A model generated the notes under the pieces. That model did no database searches. It was not told where the DNA came from and worked only from the letters and a program-made list of their open reading frames with translations. From Thermodesulfobacteriota bacterium (GTDB taxonomy: Bacteria; Desulfobacterota_D; UBA1144; Nemesobacterales; Mycalebacteriaceae): a stretch of 64,000 nt of DNA. A program made the position numbers and the translations under genes. Shown one piece after another: positions 10,597-20,517 of this stretch (its first letter is position 1; each line of letters starts with the position of its first letter). The stretch spans positions 224,001 through 288,000 of the forward strand of contig CBDAQI010000001.1 in NCBI GenBank assembly GCA_965198945.1, read 5' to 3'.

Positions 10597-11280
10597 ATGA
10601 CCGTTCAAGACTGTATTTTCCGGGTGAGAGAAAAGATGGACGCCGCCGCTTTGAAATCAGGCAGAAGCGGCAATGAAGCGCTGCTTGTGGCCGTCAGTAA
10701 AACGGTTGCCCCGGAGATTGTAATCCGGGCGGCGGAGACGGGACTGTGCCACTTCGGTGAAAACTACGCGCAGGAGTTTCGCGGAAAACTTGATTTTTTC
10801 AAAGAAAAAGGCTTTCACGCCGATTGGCATTTTGTCGGGAGACTTCAGAAAAACAAGGTAAAGTATGTTGTAGGCAACTGCCGTTTGATCCATTCGGTTG
10901 ACAGTCCGGAGCTTGCCTCGGAGATAAACAAAAAAGCCGCAAAGACTGGAGTGGAAGCGCAAATTCTAATTGAAATCAACCAGGATTCTCCGTCAAAGGG
11001 CGGTGTAAAGCCCGAAAAAGCCCGTGAGCTTCTGGATTTTGCAGGCCGTCTTGAAAGCCTGAGCGTGCGCGGTTTTATGGCAATGCCTCCGTATTCGGAC
11101 GACCCTGACCGCACAAGACCGTATTTCAGAGAATTGAAAGATTTGAGAGACTTCCTTCTGCCCGATTTTCCGGATGCCGCCGAGCTTTCAATGGGTATGA
11201 GTGCGGATTTTGAGGTTGCGGTTGAAGAGGGCGCAACCATAGTGCGGGTCGGTTCTTTAATATTTGGAGACAGAGTGTAG
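10597..11280 (+). CDS. yggS: PLP homeostasis protein YggS
   Basis: VAVSK, FGENYAQE, WHFVGRLQKNK, LSMGMSADFE, VRVGS.IFG. Confidence 0.97.
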   Translation: MTVQDCIFRVREKMDAAALKSGRSGNEALLVAVSKTVAPEIVIRAAETGLCHFGENYAQEFRGKLDFFKEKGFHADWHFVGRLQKNKVKYVVGNCRLIHSVDSPELASEINKKAAKTGVEAQILIEINQDSPSKGGVKPEKARELLDFAGRLESLSVRGFMAMPPYSDDPDRTRPYFRELKDLRDFLLPDFPDAAELSMGMSADFEVAVEEGATIVRVGSLIFGDRV

Positions 11281-11284
11281 AAAA

Positions 11285-12094
11285 ATGGCGGATGTTGCTT
11301 TTATAGGAGCGGGGAAAATGGCCGAAGCTATTGTAAGCCGCATTGTCGGATCGGGGCTTTTCCCGCCCGCCCGTGTTTTAATAAGTGATGTTGACGCCGC
11401 CCGCCTGTCCTGTGTCGGGAAAAAATACGGTGTTGCGGTTGCAGACGACAATGTTTTAGCTGTTGAGGAGGCGTCTTGTGTTGTGTTTGCAGTCAAACCG
11501 CAGGATATTGAACGGATTTTGAGAGATGCGTCCCGCGCCTCGCGCCTCGGAGAGAAGCTTTTTGTGTCAATCGCCGCCGGAATCGGGACTTCACATATTA
11601 AATCGTTTCTGGGGCAAAACAGCAGAGTTTTCAGAGTTATGCCGAACCTCCCGGTCATTGAGGGTGAAGGGGCGTCTGTTGTTTGCGGGTGGGGCGGGGA
11701 GGGTGATGTTGAAACCGTCAAAAAAATTTTCGGCTCGGTTGGCATAGTGGAGTTTATTGATGAAGATTTGATGGACGCTTTCACGGCATTGTCGGGAAGC
11801 GGGCCCGGATTTGCCGCCTTTTTTGCAGAGTCTCTTGCGTCTGCCGGAGAAAAACTCGGCATCGGTCCCGACGTGGCTCTCAGGTTTGCGGTTCAAACCC
11901 TTTTCGGTGCGGCGAAAGTGATGCGGAACGGAGTTTTGCCGGAAGATTTGAGAAAAATGGTTTCTTCTCCCGGAGGAACAACCCTTGCGGGTCTTGATGA
12001 GCTTGAAAAGTCGGGCTTTGCACCGGCGGTTGAAAAGGCTCTTGCGGCGGCACAGAAGCGTTCAAAGGAACTTTCAAAAGGAGGAGGAAAATAA
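11285..12094 (+). CDS. proC: Pyrroline-5-carboxylate reductase
   Basis: FIGAGKMA, AVKPQ, RVMPN, ALSGSGP, VSSPGGTT. Confidence 0.97.
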   Translation: MADVAFIGAGKMAEAIVSRIVGSGLFPPARVLISDVDAARLSCVGKKYGVAVADDNVLAVEEASCVVFAVKPQDIERILRDASRASRLGEKLFVSIAAGIGTSHIKSFLGQNSRVFRVMPNLPVIEGEGASVVCGWGGEGDVETVKKIFGSVGIVEFIDEDLMDAFTALSGSGPGFAAFFAESLASAGEKLGIGPDVALRFAVQTLFGAAKVMRNGVLPEDLRKMVSSPGGTTLAGLDELEKSGFAPAVEKALAAAQKRSKELSKGGGK

Positions 12095-12384
12095 TGTTTG
12101 CCCAAAACACTGTTCTGGCGGTTGCGGATGTAATCAGTCTTGTTCTGGAAGTCTATACATGGCTTATAGTTGCGCGGGCTTTGATTTCCTGGGTTGACCC
12201 CAACCCTTACAACCCCATAGTCAATTTTCTTTACACGGTCACCGAGCCTGTTCTTGAGCGCGCCCGGCGCATAATCCCGCTGATTGGAGGGATAGATTTT
12301 TCACCGATAGCCGTGCTGCTTCTGATAATTGCTTTGAGGCGTATTGTTGTGGGCGCCCTCTACGGCATAGCTCAAGGATTGTAA
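12094..12384 (+). CDS. yggT: YggT family membrane protein
   Basis: ISWVDPNPYNPIV, TEP.L...RRIIP.IGGIDFSP. Confidence 0.93.
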   Translation: MFAQNTVLAVADVISLVLEVYTWLIVARALISWVDPNPYNPIVNFLYTVTEPVLERARRIIPLIGGIDFSPIAVLLLIIALRRIVVGALYGIAQGL

Positions 12385-12399
12385 AAAAAAGGGGGGGTT

Positions 12400-12687
12400 A
12401 TGAAAGACGGTGTTGTGGTTGATGTCCATGTTGTTCCGGGTGCCGCGCGCGACGAATTTACGAGACTGTACGGAGGCAAACTGAAAATCAGGGTTGCCGC
12501 CCGTCCGATAAAAGGGCAGTCAAACGCAAGACTGATAAGGTTGCTGTCGGAAAGGCTGAAAATTCCCAAAAGCAGCATGGAAATACTCAAAGGCAGCGCG
12601 TCGCGCGGAAAAAAAATCAGAATAGAAGGCATAACCGAAAGTGGCTTCAGAAAATGTTTTTCCGAGTTCTACGGCGGAGACGTTTAG
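12400..12687 (+). CDS. DUF167 (YggU) protein
   Basis: VHVVPGA, LKIRVAARP..G..N, G..SR.K; yggS-proC-yggT-yggU synteny. Confidence 0.88.
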   Translation: MKDGVVVDVHVVPGAARDEFTRLYGGKLKIRVAARPIKGQSNARLIRLLSERLKIPKSSMEILKGSASRGKKIRIEGITESGFRKCFSEFYGGDV

Positions 12688-13460
12688 TGGCTCAAATACG
12701 GCTTGGAGGAAACATTGTTAGCTATGAGACGGCTTGTGCGTCTCCGCCCGCCGCGCAAACTGTTGTTATGCTTCACGGAGCCGGTCAAAGCTCAAAATGT
12801 TGGGAGAACCAGATTTCCACCCTTGCCGGTTGCACACGTTTTCCTTCTCTTGCGCTTGATTTGCCCGGACATGGAGGCTCAGCGGGGGAGGCGATTGATT
12901 CAATGGAAGACTGCGCCCGTTTTGTGGAGGATTTTTGCGAAGCTGCCGGAATAACGAGCCCGATATTTATAGGTCATTCAATGGGCGGAAGGATTGCGCA
13001 GCTGATTGCTCTTGGCTCCGCAGTCAGGCCGCTTGCGTGCGTGCTCGTAGCCACCGGAACACGCATAAGGGTTTCACGCTGGTCTTTGAAAACGGTTCGG
13101 AATGACTATAGAAATTTTTGCAGAACTGCGGCGCAAAATTCATTTAGTCCGCACACGCCCGCGCATATAAGGGAGGGTTTTTTCAAAAATCTTCTCAAAA
13201 CCCCCAAGGAATCCGTATATAAAGACCTGCTTGCGTGCGATGATTTTGATGTGTCGGAAGCTATCCGCCGTATTAGCGTTCCGACCGTTATTGTGGCGGG
13301 CTCGGATGATGTTCTGACTCCCTCAAAGCACACGGATTTTCTTCACAAAAGTATAAAAGGTTCAAAACTTTTCGTCATTGAGGAAGCGGGGCATTTTATG
13401 ATGATGGAAAAACCGGACGCTTTTAACAAGATAATGCTGGATTTTCTGAACCTGCTTTAG
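12687..13460 (+). CDS. Alpha/beta fold hydrolase
   Basis: LHGAG, DLPGHG, GHSMGG, GSDD, AGH. Confidence 0.9.
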   Translation: MAQIRLGGNIVSYETACASPPAAQTVVMLHGAGQSSKCWENQISTLAGCTRFPSLALDLPGHGGSAGEAIDSMEDCARFVEDFCEAAGITSPIFIGHSMGGRIAQLIALGSAVRPLACVLVATGTRIRVSRWSLKTVRNDYRNFCRTAAQNSFSPHTPAHIREGFFKNLLKTPKESVYKDLLACDDFDVSEAIRRISVPTVIVAGSDDVLTPSKHTDFLHKSIKGSKLFVIEEAGHFMMMEKPDAFNKIMLDFLNLL

Positions 13461-13533
13461 ACCGGCTGGACTTTCGCGGGCTTTCTTTGTTTGTTAGAAT
13501 AAAGTCTTCAACCATTTTCAGGAGGATTAAACG

Positions 13534-14193
13534 ATGAAAATTTCTCTTTTAGGCGGCACGGGCGACATTGCGGAAGGTCTTGTTCTGCGGTGGTCAAAAG
13601 CCGGGCATGAAATACTTGTGGGTTCAAGAAGCAAGGAAAAAGCCGACACGATAACGGAAGGATATGTTGAAAAAATCAAGTCTCTTGGTGTTGAGCCGAA
13701 TGTTCAGGGCATGGAAAACGCCGAAGCGGCGGCAAATTCCGAGGTGATTGTAATAAGCATTCCGCCCGAATACGCTGCGGACACAATTGCGGCGCTCAAA
13801 GACGGCATAACAGACCAGATTGTCATAACCCCCGTTGTGCCGATGACGAAAAAGGGAAAAACTTTTCTGTTTTCTCCTCCGTCTCACGGTTCCAGCGCGC
13901 TTGAGATTAAGGAAAAGCTCCCCCCGACGGCGCGTCTTGTCTCCGCGTATCACAATCTTCCCGCAAAGGGGTTGAGCAATGTGGACAAAGACCTTAACGC
14001 AGATGTTGTTATCTGCGGTGATGATGAAGAGGCAAAGGCGGTTGTGGCAAAACTGACGGAAGATCTTTCGGGTCTCAGAACGCTTGACGCGGGCCCGCTT
14101 GAGGTCTCTCCTATGATAGAAGCGATTACACCGCTGATAGTGAATCTCAACATAAGCCACAAAAAACACTTTTCAGTGAAGTTTGTGGATTAG
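13534..14193 (+). CDS. npdG: NADPH-dependent F420 reductase
   Basis: LGGTG, GSRS.EKA, GSSAL, SAYHN, DVVICGDD, DAGPL...IEAITP. Confidence 0.88.
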   Translation: MKISLLGGTGDIAEGLVLRWSKAGHEILVGSRSKEKADTITEGYVEKIKSLGVEPNVQGMENAEAAANSEVIVISIPPEYAADTIAALKDGITDQIVITPVVPMTKKGKTFLFSPPSHGSSALEIKEKLPPTARLVSAYHNLPAKGLSNVDKDLNADVVICGDDEEAKAVVAKLTEDLSGLRTLDAGPLEVSPMIEAITPLIVNLNISHKKHFSVKFVD

Positions 14194-14580
14194 TGAATAA
14201 TTCCGGGCTTTGTCGCGGAAAATAACGGGATTACGGCTTGGTTTTAATGTGTCCCCGGGTTAGACGGGTATGATAAAATACGAGTTAACATAATCCCGCT
14301 TATCGGACTTTCTCAGAAGGGTAGAGTAGAAGAATTTTCTTCTCATTTGCATATGATAATAAATAGAAAATGGGAAGACATCAACGTCTTTTTTCCCGAG
14401 TGGGGAGTGGGATAGCGTCCCTTTGCACTTCGCTTGACTTGGCAGAAGCCGGGTAGTGGCAAAAACTTCTCCTGATAAAAGTCTTTTGTAAAGACAGTTT
14501 ACAATAGTCAGGTTAATTTTATCACAATCCGTCAAAATCCACGGAACAGAGTTTTGGCCGTCTGTTAAATAAAAAAAGAA

Positions 14581-14997
14581 TCAGCCGACCGTTTGAACAA
14601 TCACTTCGCGCGTTCTCGGACGGTTGTCAAAATCCACAAGAACAATTTGCTGCCATGTTCCGAACAGCAGGTGTGAATCTCCAAATGGCACGGACAGTGA
14701 TGCTCCAAGCAGCGCCGCTCTCACATGCGAGTGTCCGTTGCCGTCTCCCCATCGTGCGTTGTGAGCATATTCAATTTCCTGCGGCGCGATGCGTTCAAAT
14801 GCGGCTTTTAAGTCCGAGACGGCGCCGCTTTCAAACTCTATTGTCGTAACGCCCGCCGTTGACCCGGGCACAAAAACCGTTGCGGTTCCATCTGAAAATA
14901 CGGAAGAGCTGACAATTTCGCCGACCTGCGCCGTTATGTTTATGATGTCAGTGTCACCGCCGGTTGAGATTGAGAATGATTTTATTTCAGATGCCAT
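14581..14997 (-). CDS. YjbQ (UPF0047) family protein
   Basis: GSTAGVTTIE, DGNGHSH, GTWQQI...DFDNRPR.R. Confidence 0.93.
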   Translation of the reverse strand: MASEIKSFSISTGGDTDIINITAQVGEIVSSSVFSDGTATVFVPGSTAGVTTIEFESGAVSDLKAAFERIAPQEIEYAHNARWGDGNGHSHVRAALLGASLSVPFGDSHLLFGTWQQIVLVDFDNRPRTREVIVQTVG

Positions 14998-15068
14998 TGC
15001 GTTCTTTGTTCCTCCGGTGATTGGGTAGTATTTACAGGTTAATTCTACTATGAAACGGGAGAACGGTT

Positions 15069-16154
15069 ATGGCGTCAAGAAAAGAGATTGAGAATACGGA
15101 AGCACTGCTTGCGGAACTTACCGAAGCCGACGGTGTCGCGGGTTATGAGCGGGAAGTTTCCGCTGTTATCAAAAACCGTTTTGACAAGCTCGGCAAAGTT
15201 TCAAAAGACAGAATGGGAAGTCTGATTTGTGAGGCGCCGGGAAAGTCTTCTTCTCCTAAAATTATGCTTGCCGGGCACATGGATGAAATCGGTTTTATGA
15301 TTCGCTCCGTAACATCCGACGGTTTTTTGAAGTTCACGCCGCTCGGCGGCTGGTGGGATCAGGTGCTTCTGGCTCAGCGCGTGAAAATCAAAACGGCAAA
15401 GGGGGAAGTTGAGGGAGTAATTGGCGCGAAGCCTCCGCATCTAATCTCGCAGGATGAGCGTAACAAAACGGTTCAGAGAAAGCAGATGTATATAGACATC
15501 GGCGCCTCGTCTGATAAAGAGGTTGAAAAGGCGGGGGTGAGGGCGGGTGATCCCGTGGTTCCGGTTAGCAAGTTCACAAAACTTGCCAAAGACGGCGCTT
15601 ATATGGCGAAGGCGTTTGACGACAGGATAGGGTGCGCGGTTGTGATTTCGGCTCTTTCTGTTCTTGGCAAAAACCATCCGGGCACAGTTTACGGTGTGGC
15701 AACGGTTCAGGAAGAGGTCGGAGTGCGCGGAGCGACAACAAGCGTTGAGGCGGTTGACCCCGATGCGGCGATTATTCTTGAGTCCGACATTTCGGGTGAC
15801 GTTCCGGGCATAAGCAATGAGGAGTCATCCACAAAACTGGGCGGCGGCCCGTCGCTTCTGCTTTATGATGCGAGAATGATACCGAACCTCAAACTGCGCG
15901 ATCTTGTGATAGACACGGCTAAAAAGGGGAAGATTCCACTTCAGTTTGCCACAATGGAAGGCGGAGCAACCGACGGCGGGGCGATACATCTTCACAAGCA
16001 GGGTGTTCCGACTGTGGTTCTCGGTGTTCCCACAAGGCACATACACAGCCACAACTCAATAATTCAGAGAAGGGATTTTGAGAATGCGGTCAAACTGCTT
16101 GTGGCGGTGGTGAAGAAATTGGATGGGAAAACGGTGCAGGGCCTTGTGGGGTGA
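15069..16154 (+). CDS. M42 family aminopeptidase
   Basis: GHMDEIG, KAFDDR, VQEEVG, GATDG, RHIHSH. Confidence 0.94.
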   Translation: MASRKEIENTEALLAELTEADGVAGYEREVSAVIKNRFDKLGKVSKDRMGSLICEAPGKSSSPKIMLAGHMDEIGFMIRSVTSDGFLKFTPLGGWWDQVLLAQRVKIKTAKGEVEGVIGAKPPHLISQDERNKTVQRKQMYIDIGASSDKEVEKAGVRAGDPVVPVSKFTKLAKDGAYMAKAFDDRIGCAVVISALSVLGKNHPGTVYGVATVQEEVGVRGATTSVEAVDPDAAIILESDISGDVPGISNEESSTKLGGGPSLLLYDARMIPNLKLRDLVIDTAKKGKIPLQFATMEGGATDGGAIHLHKQGVPTVVLGVPTRHIHSHNSIIQRRDFENAVKLLVAVVKKLDGKTVQGLVG

Positions 16155-16402
16155 AATATGGTCCTTTACAATCGTCTTTTGAAATGAAACCCCAAAAGCG
16201 AGAGAAAAATTTCATTCAATGTCAGAATTGTGGAAATAACGAATTTCTCGCATCAGCATCTGCCGTGGAGATTGTAAAATTTCCAAAGGATGACCCTTCA
16301 GAGTTTGATAATGTTACCAACAAGGATCATAGCATTGACTATGTTCAATGCCATGAATGCGGGAAAGAATTAGATTTGGACTCTATAGGATTTTATGGTT
16401 GA
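16151..16402 (+). CDS. Small hypothetical zinc-ribbon protein
   Basis: CQNC and CHEC pairs; GTGA overlap with M42 stop (alternative ATG 16184). Confidence 0.55.
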   Translation: MKYGPLQSSFEMKPQKREKNFIQCQNCGNNEFLASASAVEIVKFPKDDPSEFDNVTNKDHSIDYVQCHECGKELDLDSIGFYG

Positions 16403-16628
16403 GATGAGTTACGAACGTAACAAACTAAAAAAATTCAATATGCCAGATAGAGAAGACATGGAGAAATCTCTGCTCAAATTCCTTTTTAACAATAATGGGT
16501 CTATCAAAGAGTTTGGTTCAAAAGAAGCTATCGTTACGGATTTTAGTTTAAGTTCCTTCATTCTTTTTTCTCAAATCCCTATCTTCAAAAAATTTCCGAA
16601 TCCATGCACCCGGTTCTCCACAAATTAG
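16395..16628 (+). pseudogene. Possible truncated Mrr N-terminal-like (winged helix) fragment
   Basis: MPDREDMEKSLLKFL...GSIKEFG resembles Mrr N-termini; sequence degenerates after about 16535; recognised from memory only. Confidence 0.35.
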
Positions 16629-16827
16629 CAATGCATCCCTTTTAAAAGCCACACAATTGCCGACCTTTGCATTTCTAACAAACTCCTCATCGTTTGCAGA
16701 AATGCACTTTTTACATTTACTGCAAAAACGGATTTTTTCATCTTCCGTTTCCGTTCCGGCCAGATTTTCTCATAACAGCGGGCATTTGAAACTGAACTTG
16801 CATTTTTTGAATAAGTTTTCCACTCAT
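16548..16827 (-). pseudogene. Decayed small Cys-rich hypothetical gene
   Basis: Reads CKFSFKCPLL*ENL..TE.EDEKIRFCSKCKK...GNCVAF with in-frame TGA at 16772-16770 and a frameshift near the start. Confidence 0.5.
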
Positions 16828-16920
16828 TTAGTATCTTCCGGCTGATGTTTTGTTCCTTTCTGCTATGAGAGACTCAAACCGTATTTGACTTTTCTTTGTG
16901 AAATCACTACTGTAGTTCTC

Positions 16921-16991
16921 GGAAGCGCCTCCAGTCCGAATTGTGGTGTTTATCGCCCGCGTTCCCATAGCGGATAGGACTGGGGGCTTTC
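16921..16991 (-). ncRNA. Structured RNA 3' of DUF3800 gene (DUF3800-associated RNA motif-like)
   Basis: Outer stem GCC..CCAGTCC/GGACTGG..GGC, inner TATC-CGC..GCG-GATA, then AACACCAC; begins right after the stop codon. Confidence 0.6.
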
Positions 16992-17621
16992 TTATTTAGG
17001 CCATATCTGAATATAGATTTCTCTGTGTGCTATTACTTTTCTGTATTCTTCTGCATGTTTTTTCCTGTTTTGAATTGACCTGTTAACGACACCTGCTATG
17101 TAATCGGCGAGTTGGAGAAGATTGTTGCTTGAAGATCTCTACATTTTTATTTTTTTGATTACGTTTCTATCTCTGTTTACGCGAGCTTTCAAATAGCGGG
17201 CAAGTTGACGACGGAAATCCGTATTACCGCTTTTGTCAATTAAAATTATGGCGTTATTTAGTTTTTCCTTCGCATTCTCAAACACAAGTCCACAAGTGTA
17301 TTTATAGAATGATTCTTTATTTCTGAAGCCGTCTCCGTATAGTTTTTCCGGATCTTTATTAATTGAGATCCCATAATAGAAAAAATTGTAAGGAGCCACT
17401 GATTTAAGAAAAGCGCAACGGATTCTGTGTGAATTTTGCTTAAAATGAAACTCTCTGTCTCTTTTCCATCCCAGTTCTTTCTTTAACAACTCTATTCTCT
17501 GGTCACAAGCATTCGCTTCTTCCATATCTTCAAACGCAACAAGCGCAACAGTGAAAAATCTGCTGGAACCCCGCTCAATTTTTAACCCTGAATCTCCGGA
17601 TTCATCTATAAAGACGAGCAT
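16992..17621 (-). pseudogene. DUF3800 (RNase H-like) protein with in-frame amber stop
   Basis: MLVFIDESGD, REFHF, then KM*RSSSNNLLQLADYIAG...IQIWPK; TAG at 17141-17139. Confidence 0.85.
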
Positions 17622-17622
17622 T

Positions 17623-18939
17623 TCATTTTTTCTTTGCTGGAAACGGGTCCTCAATCTCAGGATGCCAAAGTTTGAAATGGTCTTTGTGTAAATCCGTGTA
17701 TGCCCCCGGCGGGTAGAACTTGTCGTAGAAATCCAAATCAAGGTGGTGCGCCTGAAACATAAAACGTATGAACATCGGATCTGAAAACGCCGGAAACCTT
17801 CCATATGTTTCGTAGATGTAATTGCAAATGTCTTTTACAACCTGAATTTCCTCTTTGCCCGGGCGCACGGTTTTCTCATAAACCCCCTGCGGGTTTGTGT
17901 AGGGCATATTTTCCTTTTCCCAGTTGCTCCATTTCATATCGTTGAAAGCTTCAACCGCTTCGCCCATGTTTTTGTAATACGGCGGGCAGAAACCGTGAAA
18001 AAACCCGTCTTTTCCGACCGCGACGGGATTGGGGTTTGCGGTTTCCCCTTTCGGAGAAGGGTTTGTGAAAGTAAAGCCAAGCCCCTCAAAATCGTCCGAC
18101 ATTCCAAGCACAAACGGGCTCGCAAATCCGCTGAAAAGCCAGCCGCCGAGCCCCAATGCCTGAAGGGTCAGAGCCATGTTCTGCCCCAGAAACGCCTGCT
18201 CCGCTATGAAACCGTTTGCAAAACGCAGCTCCGCTTCTATCAGCGGCATGGTTTTGTCTTTGTCTATGAAACCGTTTTCCATCCATTTTTCAGTCCCCGG
18301 CGGACGCATTCCGTGCAATTCGTCCGCAAAATTGAATCTGTGTCCTTCGCGCATGTAGAAAAAATAGAGGTTGATTATGCAGGAAGTCAGGTCGGTTACG
18401 GGCATGAAAACCGTTGTTCCGGGTTTGTTCACATTCCACAGATTGTGCGTGGCGAGCCCCGGAGGCCTGTCGGGAATATCGGCTCTGCCTTCGCCTATTT
18501 TAATTTTTGATTCCCTGAAAAGCCGCACAATTTCGTCAATCCGCTTTTCAAGCGGCATTGTTTCCAGGCCCTCAAAATCTTCGGGTTTTCTGTCGTGCAT
18601 CTTTATCATGTATGAGCCGTCGTCATTTGTGTAAAACAACTCGGTTCTGTGCACGTCTCCGAGGGCCGGAATGGTTTTGCTTGTGAACTGAACTTCAAGG
18701 TCAAGCCCCAGATGAGGAGGAAAATCGGACAAGTTGATGTTTTTTATTCCAAGACCCGTCCAGACTATTATGGCCTCTTCAAGCTCGGAGAGCGGCTCCG
18801 GCTTGTGGGGGGACTTATACTCCAGAGGCCCCTCCGTGATTTCCATTCCAAGACCGAACCTTCTTGAACGCCTCTGGAAAACCGTGTCAAAGAAACCGTG
18901 TCGTATTGCTTTTTTCAAACCTTCGGGATATTTGCTCAT
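17623..18939 (-). CDS. Conserved hypothetical protein, possibly nitroreductase-like fold
   Basis: 438-aa ORF; RRSRRF N-terminal motif and QNMALTLQALGLGGW typical of nitroreductase-like proteins. Confidence 0.6.
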   Translation of the reverse strand: MSKYPEGLKKAIRHGFFDTVFQRRSRRFGLGMEITEGPLEYKSPHKPEPLSELEEAIIVWTGLGIKNINLSDFPPHLGLDLEVQFTSKTIPALGDVHRTELFYTNDDGSYMIKMHDRKPEDFEGLETMPLEKRIDEIVRLFRESKIKIGEGRADIPDRPPGLATHNLWNVNKPGTTVFMPVTDLTSCIINLYFFYMREGHRFNFADELHGMRPPGTEKWMENGFIDKDKTMPLIEAELRFANGFIAEQAFLGQNMALTLQALGLGGWLFSGFASPFVLGMSDDFEGLGFTFTNPSPKGETANPNPVAVGKDGFFHGFCPPYYKNMGEAVEAFNDMKWSNWEKENMPYTNPQGVYEKTVRPGKEEIQVVKDICNYIYETYGRFPAFSDPMFIRFMFQAHHLDLDFYDKFYPPGAYTDLHKDHFKLWHPEIEDPFPAKKK

Positions 18940-19011
18940 AACAGTTGAAAGTGTAATCGGAAAAGCCGGTCAATCAAAAAACCGCACTCGGCCCGTGATA
19001 AAATTATCCGG

Positions 19012-20517
19012 ATGTCGCAGATACCCATATTGGAAAAAATTGAAGGCTACGGCGGGAAAACGGCAATCACTGATTCCGCGGGAGACTGCTCTTATTCAGA
19101 CCTCTCCGATATGTCTCTGCGCGCGGCGCACGCGCTTCAGGAATTTTGCGGTTTGCATGACCTCAAAGAGGGGTGTGTGGCCTTTATTTTCCCGAAAGGC
19201 AGACAATACGCGGCTCTCAAACTCGGAATATGGAGGGCGGGAGGCGTCTCCGTTCCGCTTTGCACAACGCATCCCGCAAAAGAAATTGAGTATGTGATTG
19301 AAAACACCTCCCCGCTTGCGGTTGTGTGCCACCCCAATTTTTCTGACAAACTCATGAATATTTGTTCGGACAAAGGTGTTGATTTTCTCTGCGGCAATGA
19401 GGCATTTGCGTCTGAACCCCCGTCATCGCTTCCCGATGTTTCTCCGTCACGCCGGGCGATGATTATTTACACAAGCGGCACGACAAGCCGCCCGAAAGGA
19501 GTTGTTACGACTCATGCAAATATTGACGCTCAAATAAACGCCATGGTGAAAGCCTGGGAATGGACTGATTCGGACAGTGTTTTGAATGTTCTGCCTCTGC
19601 ACCATCTTCACGGCATATTGAACCTTTTGCTCTGTCCGCTGAAAGTGGGGGCGAGATGTGAAATGGCGGATTTTGAGGCGTGTGAGGTCTGGAATCGGTT
19701 TATGTGCGGAGGCATAAACGTTTTTATGGCTGTGCCGACCATTTACGCAAAGCTCGCGGAATTTTGGGAAAACGCTCCCGCGGATGAGAAAAAATCCATG
19801 AGCGATGCATGCGGCGCCATGAGGCTTATGGTTTCGGGGTCGGCCGCTCTCACGGTCAAACTTTCCGGAAAATGGCAAACCATTTCCGGCCATGCTCTGC
19901 TTGAACGCTACGGTATGACGGAGACCGGGATGATTCTTTCAAACCCGCTCAAGGGGAAGAGAAAACCGGGTTTTGTCGGCAGACCGATGCCGGGGGTTGA
20001 AGCGCGGCTTTTTGATGAGCGGGGCCTTGCGCCCGCGCCCGGTGAGCCCGGAGAAATAAGGGTGAAAGGTAGGGGGGTTTTTCTTGAGTATTGGAGAAAT
20101 CCCGAAGCTACCGGCCGGGCGTTTTCAGACGGCTGGTTCAAAACCGGCGATGTTGCCGCGCTTGACCCTGACGGGTATTTTCAAATGCTGGGCAGAGAGT
20201 CTGTTGAAATAATAAAAACCGGCGGCTACAAGGTTTCCGCGCTTGAAGTTGAAAGGGAAATTCTTGAAAAAGACGGGATCTCAGAGTGTGCCGTTGTCGG
20301 AGTTGCAGACGAAGTCTGGGGGCAGAGAATCGCCGCGGTGGTCAGGCTTGAAGACGGAAAAGCGCTTTCGCCGGATGAGTTGAGGAATTGGCTGAAACCC
20401 CGCCTTGCTCACTATAAAATTCCCTCACTGCTCAAAACCGTTGATCAAATTCCCCGAAATGCTCTCGGAAAAGTTTTGAAGCCCGAACTTTCGCGCATTT
20501 GGAGGGAAAATAGTTGA
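19012..20517 (+). CDS. Acyl-CoA synthetase (malonyl-CoA synthetase MatB/ACSF3-like)
   Basis: YTSGTTSRPKG, LPLHHLHG, VSGSAAL, ERYGMTE, WFKTGD, RNALGK. Confidence 0.88.
   Translation: MSQIPILEKIEGYGGKTAITDSAGDCSYSDLSDMSLRAAHALQEFCGLHDLKEGCVAFIFPKGRQYAALKLGIWRAGGVSVPLCTTHPAKEIEYVIENTSPLAVVCHPNFSDKLMNICSDKGVDFLCGNEAFASEPPSSLPDVSPSRRAMIIYTSGTTSRPKGVVTTHANIDAQINAMVKAWEWTDSDSVLNVLPLHHLHGILNLLLCPLKVGARCEMADFEACEVWNRFMCGGINVFMAVPTIYAKLAEFWENAPADEKKSMSDACGAMRLMVSGSAALTVKLSGKWQTISGHALLERYGMTETGMILSNPLKGKRKPGFVGRPMPGVEARLFDERGLAPAPGEPGEIRVKGRGVFLEYWRNPEATGRAFSDGWFKTGDVAALDPDGYFQMLGRESVEIIKTGGYKVSALEVEREILEKDGISECAVVGVADEVWGQRIAAVVRLEDGKALSPDELRNWLKPRLAHYKIPSLLKTVDQIPRNALGKVLKPELSRIWRENS

Noticed and set aside
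14194..14580. 91-aa minus ORF and a plus-strand gene remnant in the npdG-yjbQ gap
   Set aside because: No RBS or recognisable motif; the 12-bp match to yjbQ (14531 vs 14626) may be chance
16770..16772. Selenocysteine TGA in the Cys-rich ORF
   Set aside because: Context suggests TGG>TGA, the gene has a second lesion, and no clear SECIS follows
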